Of a stretch of DNA of 64,000 nucleotides, positions 50,088-62,499 are shown piece by piece. The DNA comes from Lama glama. Lineage: Eukaryota. The DNA is taken from assembly GCA_028534125.1 (NCBI GenBank), contig CM052818.1, positions 9,984,001-10,048,000 on the forward strand. The letters are read 5' to 3'. Under the pieces are notes generated by a model. The model was not told the origin of the DNA. It did not search any database and worked only from the letters and a program-made list of their open reading frames with translations. The translations under genes were made by a program, and so were the position numbers. Each line of letters opens with the position of its first letter. The first letter of the stretch is position 1.

Positions 50088-53000
50088 AATCCTAGATAAA
50101 AGCCAGTGAGTTGTTAAAAATGAATTTGCAGCATTAGAGCTGTTAGCATCATTCAGCAAGCAGCAAGCTTGATAATTTCCAGGTGTTGGGGAAAGCCGTT
50201 GTCCGGGAGCTCTTACAGAGCTTATAAATCCCTGTTGGGAGGGAGAAAAAAAATCTTTGGAGGTGAATGAAATATCAAATCACAAGCCTCCTATGTAGAT
50301 TTATGATTGCATAAGAAGCTTGATCATTTCCATATACTGAAATGTGCTGTCCTCCTGAGCCTGCCCAGCCCTTCCAGGAGACGAGGCGCTCCGTTCTGCC
50401 TTGATCAATGTTGACTATGAAGCAAGAAAGGAGGGGGGGTGGTGGAAAGCAGGCTGGCACCAGATGGAGCGGGGTCTCGGGAAAGGTCAAGGTTAGCCCA
50501 GGCTGCTATTGAGTCGGTAGCAGCCTCACAGATAGATCTCTGCCTCGAAGGCACCCACTGGGGCTTCTCAAAATCAAATCTAATAGAAAAGGCAGTCACA
50601 GAATGAAATCGCTTCATCTGAATGCTAAAATTGTTATTAGGCTACATTAGAGAGATATCAGGCACGTGGTTACCAAAAAAGGGAGCATGCCTAGCAGTTT
50701 GTGTCTGAAAGAAAAGCTATGAATATGTTGATAACATCAGTAATGGGCAAGTAGTAGAAGAGATGGATATCTTTTTTTTTTTTTGGTCTGAAGACCAGAT
50801 TAACATATTAAATGAACATGTTTTTCTTTTTTTTAGGAAGTCTACCTTATATTTTGAATTGTGTGGAATTCTTCTTTGGTTGAGGGGAGTAAAAAAAAGA
50901 CTCAATCCAGAGATGGGTGATCTTTATTAATTGAGAAGTTTGACTCACTTAAGGAATTTTGTTAGTATCTTTCACCAGGTATGTGTCTTTGGAAATTCAT
51001 CCCTCAGGCATTACACTGGGCATTGACACTGCCTTGGAAATCAGTCTTTCTGGCTTTGGACCACTGGAAATCTGTCAGAGGCCTTGCTCTTTTCCTTCTT
51101 CTTCTCCCTCCTGTTTTCCCTTTTGCATTCTTTTTAGAGACAAAACTGTTTCTGGAGTAAATTTCATCCCACAGGCAAACGCCAGCTTAGGAGAGCGCCT
51201 GGGACCAGACATACATACATTGCCTGTTAGGGTAGTCACACAAGCGTTTTTCAGATGGTCTCTCCCCAATTATCATAATGAAACCCACATTAGCTGTTTT
51301 TAACCTACAGCACAGCCATATCTTAAAGAAGGATTTAGTCTTGTAAAATAAATGCGGGCTACACTAGATTAAACATGATGACTGCACTCCAAGGGTTAAT
51401 AAATTTAGAATTAACAGATCATCTCAGCTTGATACAGCTACTATAGATGATTTAATATGCAGCCTAAGCAGGTTGACAGTCAGCTCACAGATGCAGATAA
51501 GATCAAACAGTCTCTTGATTCAATAGATTGAATGGTTGTACTGAGTGTCTAGAAGGTGAATGACAGAACATATATGGCAGGGGTTTTGGTAAAACGGAGC
51601 TTCAATTCCCAACTGCTGTTTTGTGCACTGGTTTTCTTTTTCTAACAGTTCACCTTCTGTGGTGCTAAAACCTGGAGTGGGGAGAGTAGGGGTGGTTAAA
51701 AATTCTCCTTATCATATAGAGTAATGGGAGCTTAAGTTTTGAGTAAGGAAAAGATGGATACCTTTAATATCAAGATCTATTTCTAATTAGTCGTGCCTGG
51801 TAACTAATATCCACCAGTTCCCTTCCCTCTCTCTCCTCACAGGTTCTCAGGTCATGGATCTACAGACAGGAATCAAGATTCCTGGATGATGCAGGTAAAG
51901 GCAGGCTAGTTGCTGAAATTATATAGGCAATTTCCTCAGTCCTCTACTTTGCTCTAGCTTTTAAGATCTGGATATGGAAATGAAGTGTGAAAGCTAAGTT
52001 GAAATTCAAACTAGTACGTAGCCACAGTGAGATGTTTACACTAGGAGAGCTCACATTTCTGAAACAGTTGTTAAAAAATGGCGAACCTGGGTGGGAGCAG
52101 GGGAGGGGTTGGGGCATTGGGGAAGATTGGGGAGGGTACAACAGGAAAAGTTAAGAGTAGCTGTGTCATCAGGCCTTGCTTTGGTCGCCCTATCTAGAGT
52201 TCTGACACCTAACTGAGCTTTTTTTTTTTTTTTAAGGTTTAATTTCCTTTATCTATTCAGACTCAAGTAGTATTTAAACAAGAAGACAAAAACAATTTTA
52301 ATAGAAGTGTGTGTTATCTGATATGATAGACAAGTTTATAACAGTTTTTATGATTTGATCAAGAACAAGGGCTCCTCCTAAACCCATTAGATTCTGTCAT
52401 GTGAATATATATTCAGGCAATTTAAAAATGCATATTATGTATTCAATAGACCGGCACAGGTTTGAATTGTATCATGTTATTCTGTTCTATCACCACCCAC
52501 CACCCCCCGCCCAAATCTTTATATGGAAATCTCTAATAGAGTGACTTTAGAGCTACAGCAATCACTTTTCCAATGTTCCTAACTTGGTTGTTTCATTTAT
52601 TTATTTTATTTCATTTTATTTTTGAATATCAAAATGTCCAGTCCACACCATGGGCTAATGGCCCACAAAATTTTCCTTTAATAAATAAAGCCATTTAAAA
52701 CTGAACGATAGCTCTACATGCCGTTAACACTTTAACTTTTCAACCCTCCTGCTCTAATATCCTAGTGGGTAAGCACGATATTCTTTTACCTCATTAGGTA
52801 ACCTCTAAAAAAATTCTTAAAATACTCTGTTCTTTATAAGTGCTGTTTTGGATCTTGATGTGTTATATTTTTTGAGAAATAAAATCTATCTCTGTGTAAC
52901 CTGCATATTTAAAGGTTTTGAACTAAAAGCAGATTTCTCCAATTTTAGGCTGAGGAATATGTTTAAAGTGAATTTGTGATGGGCAGGAGGAACTCTGAAC

Positions 53001-53105
53001 TGAGCATGGCTGTTCCCGGAGCAGGGGTATCCGGTGTTTATTTCACATATTAACCGGATCTAAATGCTTCTGAATTTTATTCTCCCTTTCGTGGACAACC
53101 TGTGA

Positions 53106-53123
53106 TTGCAGCAGGGGGCACTA
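53106..53123 (+). promoter_or_regulatory. Candidate CTCF site
   Basis: TTGCAGCAGGGGGCACTA matches the core CCASYAGRKGGCRS at 13 of 14 positions. Confidence 0.5.
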
Positions 53124-53614
53124 CCAACATACAAATTACTTAGAAGTAGGAAGCTCTGGCTCTCCTGTTTCCCGACTACTTGGAGGCATAACCACTGAAA
53201 ACAGTTATCTCTCAGAAATTTGCATATTTATGGTGCCTCCTGCAGGTTCCTGTGATTGCTTTACAGTCAGGAAAGGTAACAGAAAAATATATATCCTCCT
53301 TTAAAACATGAAAAAGGATCATATAGGAACAGTGACTCTAATAGGAGACTAATCCTTGCAAAGCCGGTAGTATGAAATTTGTTTCTGGAACATTTTTGTC
53401 TTGGTTTTGTTTTAGGATTTGAAGGTAATATTTTGGAAGTTATAGGACTAAGTCTGATTCCTTGAAGAAAGATATAGGAAAATACTTAATATTTTGAGAG
53501 AAAAAATTAGCATAGATTTACTTATTCACTGAGTGAATACCTCTAAAGAACACAATTCCTTACAGACAAGGAAAAGCCACCCAATAGATCACTTTAAAGC
53601 CTAGTTCCATGGCA

Positions 53615-53665
53615 TATACACACACACACACACACTCACACACACACACACATATATATATATAT
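53615..53665 (+). repeat. (CA)n(TA)n microsatellite
   Basis: Directly visible. Confidence 0.92.
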
Positions 53666-56600
53666 CCTAGTCACAAGCAATGAACAAATGTGCAGTGTAG
53701 CTTTGGATATAAAAGTTAATTAGGTCTCAGAAGAGAATAGTTTCATTTTTATTGGCTCTGAGTTCCAAGGATACCTTTGATACACCTTTCCTCTCAAGCC
53801 CCTTTTGACCTTCTTTGTGGAAACTGTACAGGGGCCAGACACTCAGGCTTGTTTGGTTCTGGATGCCAGATTTTTGATATTCTGCTTACTCTCTTGAAAA
53901 GCATTCCACCAAAGCAAGCCTCATAATTGAAATTACACCCAGAAAAATCTACTCTTATCTCCACCTCAGGACCAAGGCCCTGTCAATGTGATATTTTATC
54001 AGGGGTTTTAGTTCAGGGAGAGAGTTCATACACTCTGCAGTTGGCGATACCTGAATGCAGGAAAACGAGGGCTGGAGATTTAATTCCGAGTGGTCCAGGT
54101 TCCTTGTGTCTTCACCAGAACCTTATCCTTATTTTATCACAAGCCTATTGTACTTAATTTCCTTCCCTCCTAAAAAGCCAGTATACAGTGCTCATAGGAC
54201 TGCTATCTGCAATCATCAGTGAAGATCCTTGCGATGGTGGAATTCCACAATGCACAGCCTTCTCTGTATCCCGTCCTTTCTGTGGAAATGCCTATCAAAA
54301 TCAAGAGGATGAAGAGAATTTTTCCTGCAATTAGACTTTACATAATAAAGACACCGGGTAGTAAAAATAATACCTGCTATCAATAATGTGTGGTGACATA
54401 AATGCCCAAACTGTGAGCAGAAGGATTCTCTTATCACACATTAGTCACCACTGCTGTTTGTGTACTTATGCACTACCTTTCAGGGTAACATTAAGCATAG
54501 ATCTGTTTGTTATTCTGGCTAGGGAAATTCTCATTAAAATAATGACTGCCATCATCTTATTATTACAGTGTAGTTTATTCACAACGTTTAGGTATTTGGT
54601 ATTATATTGAAATATATATATATACCTCAGGATAAATATTTATTTCCTTGCTGCTGGTCAGTTTCTTGTCCCAAAAAAAGGAAGAAAAGATACTATCCAA
54701 AATCAGGGGCTCTTTTACCCCTTTTAGCTCCCATAACGAAAAGCTTTTTCTTTTCAGAATTTAAAAATTGTAAGTACTGAATCACAACTTCCCAGTATTG
54801 TCAGAAATGTATTAATTTTGAACATGTCTACAAACCAGAAATTAATCTTACTGATGGTAAAATATATGAAAACACAGGCCTAGGCTCAGCATTTAACATT
54901 TTCTCTTTGTCACATTAATTTTAAGAGATTGAAACCCTTAAATATAAAGATAAGTGGAAATACAACAATCCAGGATGGAATTCTAAAGTTCTAAAGATGT
55001 TACTAAAGCTAAAATCTTATCAACTAAAAAAGAAAAAAAGAACTATTTCCTTTTTGGTTTGAGGTTGCTTTTCAGTTTGATTTATTTATGCTAAAATAAA
55101 GAAAAAAAATTGAGAGTTGCAAGTACCCATTAAGCAGAGTTTGCTTCCTGTAAAACATATATTTTAAAATGAGCGTATTTTAAATTTTTCTAGAATCTTT
55201 TAATCAACATGTGCAAAAGATCTACAGTCTTTAGTAAAACCCCTTTATGTGCTTAATATTTGAATAATTAACATATTTGCTTTTTTCTCCCTCATATTTA
55301 CTTGCAGAAACCAAGTTTATTTTGAAAAATCCACTAATCTTGTGTTTTCTCCTACTAATTAAGCTCAGAGTTCAAGATTCATTCTTTTAATAAAGTGTTG
55401 GGGTTCTCTTTCCATCATATTTGAAGAGCACATATGATATTTCCCTTGTTCCCTGAGCAAGGCCACCAAAATCACTGTTTGGGGATAGGTGGGAGAGCAG
55501 TTACCATTATCAGTCTCCATGAGCCTTGCCTCTTTCAAATGAGAACCAGCTAGAACAAGCCTTGATATTTAAAGTAGGTAGTATCTGGAGAATCAGGCTC
55601 CAGAATTAATCTCTCAGAGTTACTCTGTGTTGCAATGTACTTGGATTTTGGCTGTTGGAATATTTTATTACATTTCAAACTCTGAGAATTGAGAACAATA
55701 AAAGAACATTTAACCTATAGTAGATTGGATTTTGAAGTTCCTGAGAATCTAAGTGGTCTACTTCATAAGTCTTTATTCATGTACCAGACATTTCCTAAGG
55801 TCCTACTCTGTGCTGAGGGGAAAAAAGATGAAAAGGACAGGGGTTCTGCCCTAGAAGCACTGACAACCCAGGACTTGTCAGGCGATGGCTCTGATGACAT
55901 AAGTTATATGAAATATACACAGAGAGACATGCAATTGTTTCCATCTGACGCAAATGGACTTGCAGTTTATAATGTATAGATCAGATAGCAGTGCAAATGG
56001 CCCATAGTTCTTAACTATTTAAAAAGAGAAATAATGTAATTGTCCACTATATGCATATTTAATTTATTAGTGAGCAGACATAAATACCTGTGTCTTTTCC
56101 ACCTGCAGTAGCAATAGAAAATGCATTTGTGGCATTCATTCCTTGATTTAACAAATGTGTTAAATGCCTACTATGTGTTGGGGAAGTGAAACAATGTCAT
56201 TTAAAAAGTGATACATTCACAAATGCATGTTAGAATAGTCTATAAAATTGCCTACAAAACAAATGTAGTACAGAAAGCTCATTTCCCAAGAGTAGTTAAG
56301 CTATTTAATAATGTCATAAAAACTGAAAACAACAGATTATCACAGATACATTCATGACCAAACCTCATTATTTATCATTTTCATTTCTGGGAAACCAAGT
56401 TCTCTCTCCAACTGATGTCAGAAGTGACCAGAGCTGTGTTCCTTCAGAGTGGTCCTTGCTAAAGACTTGGAACTGTTCACAGCAGCAATGTGAAGCCAGG
56501 GCTACCCAAAGCGAGGATAATAGTGTGCATCAGTATGGCTTTGGCACGTGTGACCCATGAACTTTATGTGACATGCTTGTGCCAGTGTAGGTATATCTTA

Positions 56601-56669
56601 GTGTCTTAACAATGAAAGCCACCCAAGAATAAGGACCACACCTCGTGTCTACTCAGTGCAGTGCTCCAT

Positions 56670-56670
56670 A

Positions 56671-56738
<68 letters not shown>

Positions 56739-56739
56739 A
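56670..56739 (+). repeat. (AAAG)n tetranucleotide microsatellite, about 17 units
   Basis: Directly visible perfect array. Confidence 0.95.
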
Positions 56740-57616
56740 TAACAATTCTTAGGACCAGATTCTTTCGTTTTATAGGAACCTGGAGGCTTAGGTAACTGAC
56801 CTTGGGCAGGGATTTTTTTTTTTTAAGAGAAAGAGAGAACAGGCAAATTGTACATAATGAGGAATGGGAGACTGGAGAGATTTGTTTATCTTTTACCAAG
56901 CTGCCAAAAAAAGATGAAATAGAAATAGACATTTTCTACCGGAAAAGTTTTCTTTGCTGAATTTGGCAGGAAAAAAAAAATACTGATGATTAACTATCAG
57001 GGAAAAAAAAAGGTGTCAATTTCTGGAAAAGGGACCAGCATAGCCCCAGCTCTTCAGTGATCTCTGAGAATGACTGGCACAACTTGGAGAGTTTGTGGAG
57101 CTATGCATTTGTGGGGTTTATGAGAAGCTGGCAGAAAAGGAACTTGAGCCTGGTAACATGTTTTGATGATTGCTTCTCTTTTGTCACCTAGCTGATTCTA
57201 GAGGAGACCAACTAAAACTATTGTGAAGTGAGAATGATCAAGGCCATATGGTCCTTGATGGCTAAATTTTGAGGTCTGATTCCAGTCAGAGAATAGAAAA
57301 GGAGCTGCTCTTTCTTCTGGAGTTGAAAAGGTTTCTAAATGCCGATGTGGTTGTTCTTGATGGGTCTTTTTCTGTATGAAGTCAGTGACCTTCGGGCCTG
57401 CCAAAAACACCCAGCAAGGGCCACATTTTGGTGTGTAGGGAAGGGATGCAGAGCAGCATGCATTTGAAAACTTCATTTTAACTCATTCACCATCTCATAT
57501 TTATGGAATGGCTTTTCTAAAGGGACAAGAGTTGAATAAGCAAGGGTTTGAGCTTTTTTTTAGTTTTATCTTTCATCCGATGTCTACTGCCCTCTGATGG
57601 ATGTGTTAACTAGGGA

Positions 57617-57750
57617 GACCACCACCCCCCCAACTCCAACCTCCACCATCACTACCATCTCCACCACCATCATCACCACCAACATCACCTCTATCACCAT
57701 GATCACCACCACCGTGATCACCATCACCATCACCACCACCACCACCATCC
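57617..57750 (+). repeat. Degenerate (CAC/CAT)n trinucleotide repeat
   Basis: ACCACC...ACCATCACCACC array, directly visible. Confidence 0.9.
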
Positions 57751-58540
57751 TTGTTTTCTCTGTGATAGAATCAGCATCAGCCACTAATAAACATTATATA
57801 TTATGGTGGTGGTATACCAGGTTAATAGAACATATTTCAAAATTCTGATCCATTAGATAATCCAAGATGAGTTCTTCATCCATCTGTCAACAACAACGTC
57901 AAGCAGAGACATACATGGTATTTGTATTGAGTCCTTGGGTAGTGCAGTGCTGACTGCACTGGGCTAGCTGTTGCTTTCTGAACAAACCAAATGATATCAG
58001 GAAAGCTACAAATTTTTGAAATAAGTTGATAATACCTCTTTTATTTTTACCACACAGTTGATAGACAAGATAAAGAAGATCTCAGGTGCTTCATTTTTCC
58101 TCTTCCGTAAATCTAGACTTTTCATTAGAATGTAACATAAAATGTATACCTATGTGTATAAGGTTGCATTCCTTGATATACAGTCTTGATTATTTTTAGT
58201 TTGTGTGTGTGTGTGTTGTGTATATGTATTGCAGGATAATAAAATAGTAAAAATTTATAATAATGGCAAAGAATACTTGTCCAAATAAAGAACTAACTGC
58301 CTATAAAATTTCCTTTTAGACAGTGAAGTCATAGCTAGAAATTGGCAATAAGACCATCTGAAATCAGTAAAAATCATTTCTGTGATGTTGTGTAAGGAAG
58401 GGAGGGAGGAAGGGAGAATTGCAGGGAGGGGGGGGAAAGGTGGGGGGCGGGGAGAGAGAGACAGAGTCTCCAAAAGCTCTTCCTCTGCTATTATTCTTTT
58501 ATAAAACAACTTCACATCTGGACTGATAACTTGAATTCCA

Positions 58541-58766
58541 CCCAGTGCCATTTAAATAGCCCAAGTTATAAACCTCTTAAACTTGGGGTTTATAACAGAA
58601 ACACTGACAGACCCTTAACTATAGTGCCTCTATAGTAATGAAAGCACAACTATTTCATTATAGCAGTGTCTGGCAGGGCTGCTATAATTAAGAGTCTGTC
58701 AGCGTTTCCATTATAAACCCAAATTTTAAGAGATTTTTAACTCACATTGTTTTAAATCACATTGGG
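58541..58766. repeat. 226-bp imperfect palindrome with a branched centre; probably an ancient palindromic repeat
   Basis: Arm 58541-58624 aligns to the reverse complement of 58682-58766 at about 65/85 positions by hand (about 52/61 in the inner part); sub-hairpins TAATGAAA/TTTCATTA and TATAGCAG/CTGCTATA lie in the centre. Confidence 0.88.
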
Positions 58767-58798
58767 CTGAAACTTGCTGTACAAAATGTCAGGCCAGA

Positions 58799-58812
58799 TG
58801 TGTGTGTGTGAG

Positions 58813-58843
<31 letters not shown>

Positions 58844-58846
58844 GTG
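58799..58846 (+). repeat. (TG)n microsatellite
   Basis: Directly visible. Confidence 0.92.
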
Positions 58847-60399
58847 TTGTTTCTTTTCCTTTTATTTACTCTATCCTCTATTCCCCAGAAGAGGCAAATA
58901 AGTGAAGATCATTTTTTAACACTGGGTGTGAAAAACATGTCCTGAAAAAAGTATTCCCTTATTAAAGGCAAAAGATTCATGGGGGGAGGGCACACAGAAA
59001 ATGAAGTTTGAGATTTTTTTATTTTTGGTTGTTCTGATTGTGTTTTTCCCTTTAGAAGTACTCTCATTTAGAAAACCAGATTTGAACATATCTGAAAAGC
59101 AATGTTAAAAAAAATGAATCTTCTGATACTGGGTTCTTGATACTGGTTTATTTGGAAGATATTTGATAATGTGGACTACTGGAGGTGATGTTATCTTGAA
59201 TTGTATTCTTAATGGTTCAGCTGTTCTGATCTTTGGGGTAATCTTTTTCAGCTCACCATCTTTGGAATCACTTTTAGGCTAAAATGTACTCTTACAAAGA
59301 GTTGCCTGACCAAAGCCTTATTAGATCTGGGGGAAAGTAATAGCATTTGGATGGTTAAGTTGGTTTCATTTATGTGGTTATAAAATTTATTCACTTATTT
59401 AGTCAAAAGCCATTTGTTGAGAATCTACTGTGTGCTGAATATTGTACTTGGATGTTTCCAACGTGGTCCATTGGATTGGCTGCACTGCCCAGCACCTATG
59501 TGTCCCTGATGTCAATGTTAGGGAGCTAAATCGAGTATTTCAGTGTTCCAACCAGAGTTCCTTGCTGTCTTCAAAGGGACCTCTTACTTAAGTGATGAGA
59601 CTACTGCCCCTACTCTCCTCCCCACCCTGCCCCAATACACTGTTGACTCAGCATGCTGCAGCCCAGTCTAGACGGAAGTATGGATGTATTTAGAGCAGAT
59701 TCAGCTTTTCATTTCCCTCCTTTCTTCCTTCCTCCCTTCTTTCTTTTTTCTGGGGGACAGGCTCATCCAGGTATGTGAAGTAGCCTGCTAGCTAGCTAAA
59801 GGCCCAGGGAGTCTCTGGAGAAATGCCAGACTAACAGTTCCTCCAGGAACCTCCTTGGGAGAAGTCTGCCTTTGCAGGTGTAGACACTGCCCTCCAGGGG
59901 CCCTCCTTAGGTCCCAGCCTCTGGATCATACTGGGAGCAGAGAAGGAAGAAATGTTATAGTGGGGTGGGGTCTGAAGGAGGCTGGGGATAAAAGGGGACT
60001 GTGGTCCTCATGCTCACCTTTCAATTTGAGGTGCCTACACAAAGCCCAACCCCATTCCTCAAGCACAACCCCCTAATCTTTTTAAAATTAATTTTTCCTT
60101 TGTCTTAACAACACCTTAGCACTCCCACCCTTAAGAACCCCCCAAACTATGCCAGATGATGAATCCAAATCTAAGTTTTATTTTTTTCAAGATGACTGCC
60201 CATTCTCTATTTTCTGAATTGCCATTAAGGGGGAAAAAAAGACGAAGAATGAAGTAAAAAGCAAGGTGGAAGCGATTGTATTAACCATTCATCCAGTCAT
60301 TCATTTATTTATCTTTAAGTCTATAAAAGTGTTTCCCGCTAAAGGTAGACAGTGAATATTTTATTGTAATCTTGTAGTTTCCATCGAGACAGATCTTTT

Positions 60400-61510
60400 A
60401 ACCCTTCATTCCCCAGCTCAGCCCGACTCTCCCGCGCCAAGCGATCCTCGGCTCAAGAGCTGGGACGGTATTAAGTCTCCCTCTTGGAGCTGTTTGTTGA
60501 CCACATTCACGTTCAGAGCCCTGGAGCTAAAAGCACTTTACACCATAAAATAAAAGCACTGTCTTTTTTTCTAAAAGGTTACGTCTGGAGGCCACGCGGC
60601 TCATACTTCATACCGAAAACTACTGAAAGGACTATGAAATCCTCTATGATTTACACTCTCTCACTGCATTAGGGTATAGATCTGCTCGACTCTAAAAATA
60701 CGGTGGGTTTCTAACCGACGTGAATATATGTGCATTATTTCAGAAAGTCTGTTAGAAAACTTGTCAACACATTATAAAGCATAAACCAGGACTTGGCTAT
60801 TAAGTACGGAGATCAGAGGCAGAATATATACTACAGGAAGTCCTGGGGAGTCTCCTCCGCGGGCAAGATAGAAAGGAGGAGGAGGGGAGGGGAGGGGTCG
60901 TCTGTTGGCCTGGAGTTTACACGCAATGTCGTCACCAAAGGTTTGGGAAAGAGCCCAAGGAGCGTAATTAGTCCCTCAGTGGAATCAGCAAAGTATCTAG
61001 AGCTCCAAATGAAGTTAACTGAACGGCCAGAAAATAATTTTAACGTTGTCATAATTTATTACTTTCTAAAAGCTACTTTTGGAAAGGTAAATATACTTAC
61101 TGTGTATTCAAGTGTGCGCGTTTAAAGTGACCTTTCACCCCTCTGCAAGCCCACCTGCATCATTAATCAATACTTATGTAATATTTTCAAAGCTCTTAAA
61201 ACAACACATTTTTATTTTTTTGAACACACACACAAACCTTCCCCCTCCCCCACTTTTGGGGGAGCATCCAGCAGCTTTAGCGAGCATCCAGCAGCAATAA
61301 GGGAGGCGACGTCGCTCGTAGGGGTGAGCAGGAGGGACCGCGAGTGGGGGTCCGCAAGAAGAAGGATCAAATGCCAATACACAGCCCTGGTTTCCTGGAC
61401 TGGGTGAAATCAGGCTGGGGGAGGGGCGGCAGTGGAAGGCAGTTCCTATTTCACTCTGGGCATTTTACGATGGTGAAATTAAATATATGTTAATGGTGGG
61501 AACGTCGCTG
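60400..61510. promoter_or_regulatory. CpG-retaining shore upstream of the terminal CpG island
   Basis: CpGs are frequent even in AT-rich context (CCCGCGCCAAGCGA, GCCACGCGG, GCGACGTCGCTCG), suggesting germline hypomethylation. Confidence 0.5.
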
Positions 61511-62499
61511 CTTACCTCTCTTTGGGCACCCAGGGAAAGCAGCTGCAAAACTGGGTTTTACATGTATGTTTTAAAATGTGGTTTCGGAAGGAACCCCCTG
61601 AAAGCTGAAACAAGTGCAATAACATAGCAGACCTACTTGTAACTAAATGCTTAATTTCCTATGATTTTTTAAAAAAGAAATCAATAAAATGTTGCCAGAT
61701 ATTTATAGGAAATAACCACGGATAGTGACCCTGATAGGGTGCCGGTTTTAGAGAGCACACAATTGTGTAATGAATTGTAATTCAGAAGACTGTTAAATGT
61801 GAACCACAGAACCTTTCAGAGGTAATAAAGTCATTACTTTTTACACTACAGCCAACCCTGAAAAGCTTTATACACGCCATTATATATAAATCATATATAT
61901 ATATTTCTACAACACACATTCACTCATTTATATACTTTTATGGATGGATGGGAAAAATATTTAAATTTGAAAAGCTCGGTTCCGAAAGACTCTGACTCAC
62001 TATTGTTACCTGAAGGGGATTTTATTTTATTTATTTATTTTTCAAAGGCCTCCCAGTTGTACTTTTTCCTTCCCTCTCCTCACCTTCCCTCCAACCATTC
62101 TCCTCCTCGCACCGCTCTCCCCATCCCCCTCCTCTGCAATGACATTCTTTTGGTTGCTCTAAGGCTAGTTGAACAAGACAAAAAAAAAAAAAAAAAGACA
62201 GTAGTAGAAAAGAGATGCCGAGCTGCTATGAAGAACTCATGAACAAGGGGAAATGGTGTAACGTAACGCTACAGAGCTTTACTGCAAGTGAATCTTCCTG
62301 CTTCTTAAACAGGATTTGAGTTTTCCCCCCCTTAAACTGGAGGAAAACAATAACAACAAACCACATTTACACAAACCCAGTCTAGCCCTCATCTCTCCTA
62401 ATGCTGAGCATCGAAACCTCCTTTTCTTCCTTTGAGGAGCCCGAAGCTTCGTCGAGCTAGGCAAGCCAGTCATTTTCTAATGGGTCTGAAACTTTACTA

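Noticed and set aside
57584..57848. Thr/Ile-rich mucin-like and Val/Met-rich ORFs
   Set aside because: Translations of a degenerate CAC/CAT trinucleotide repeat.
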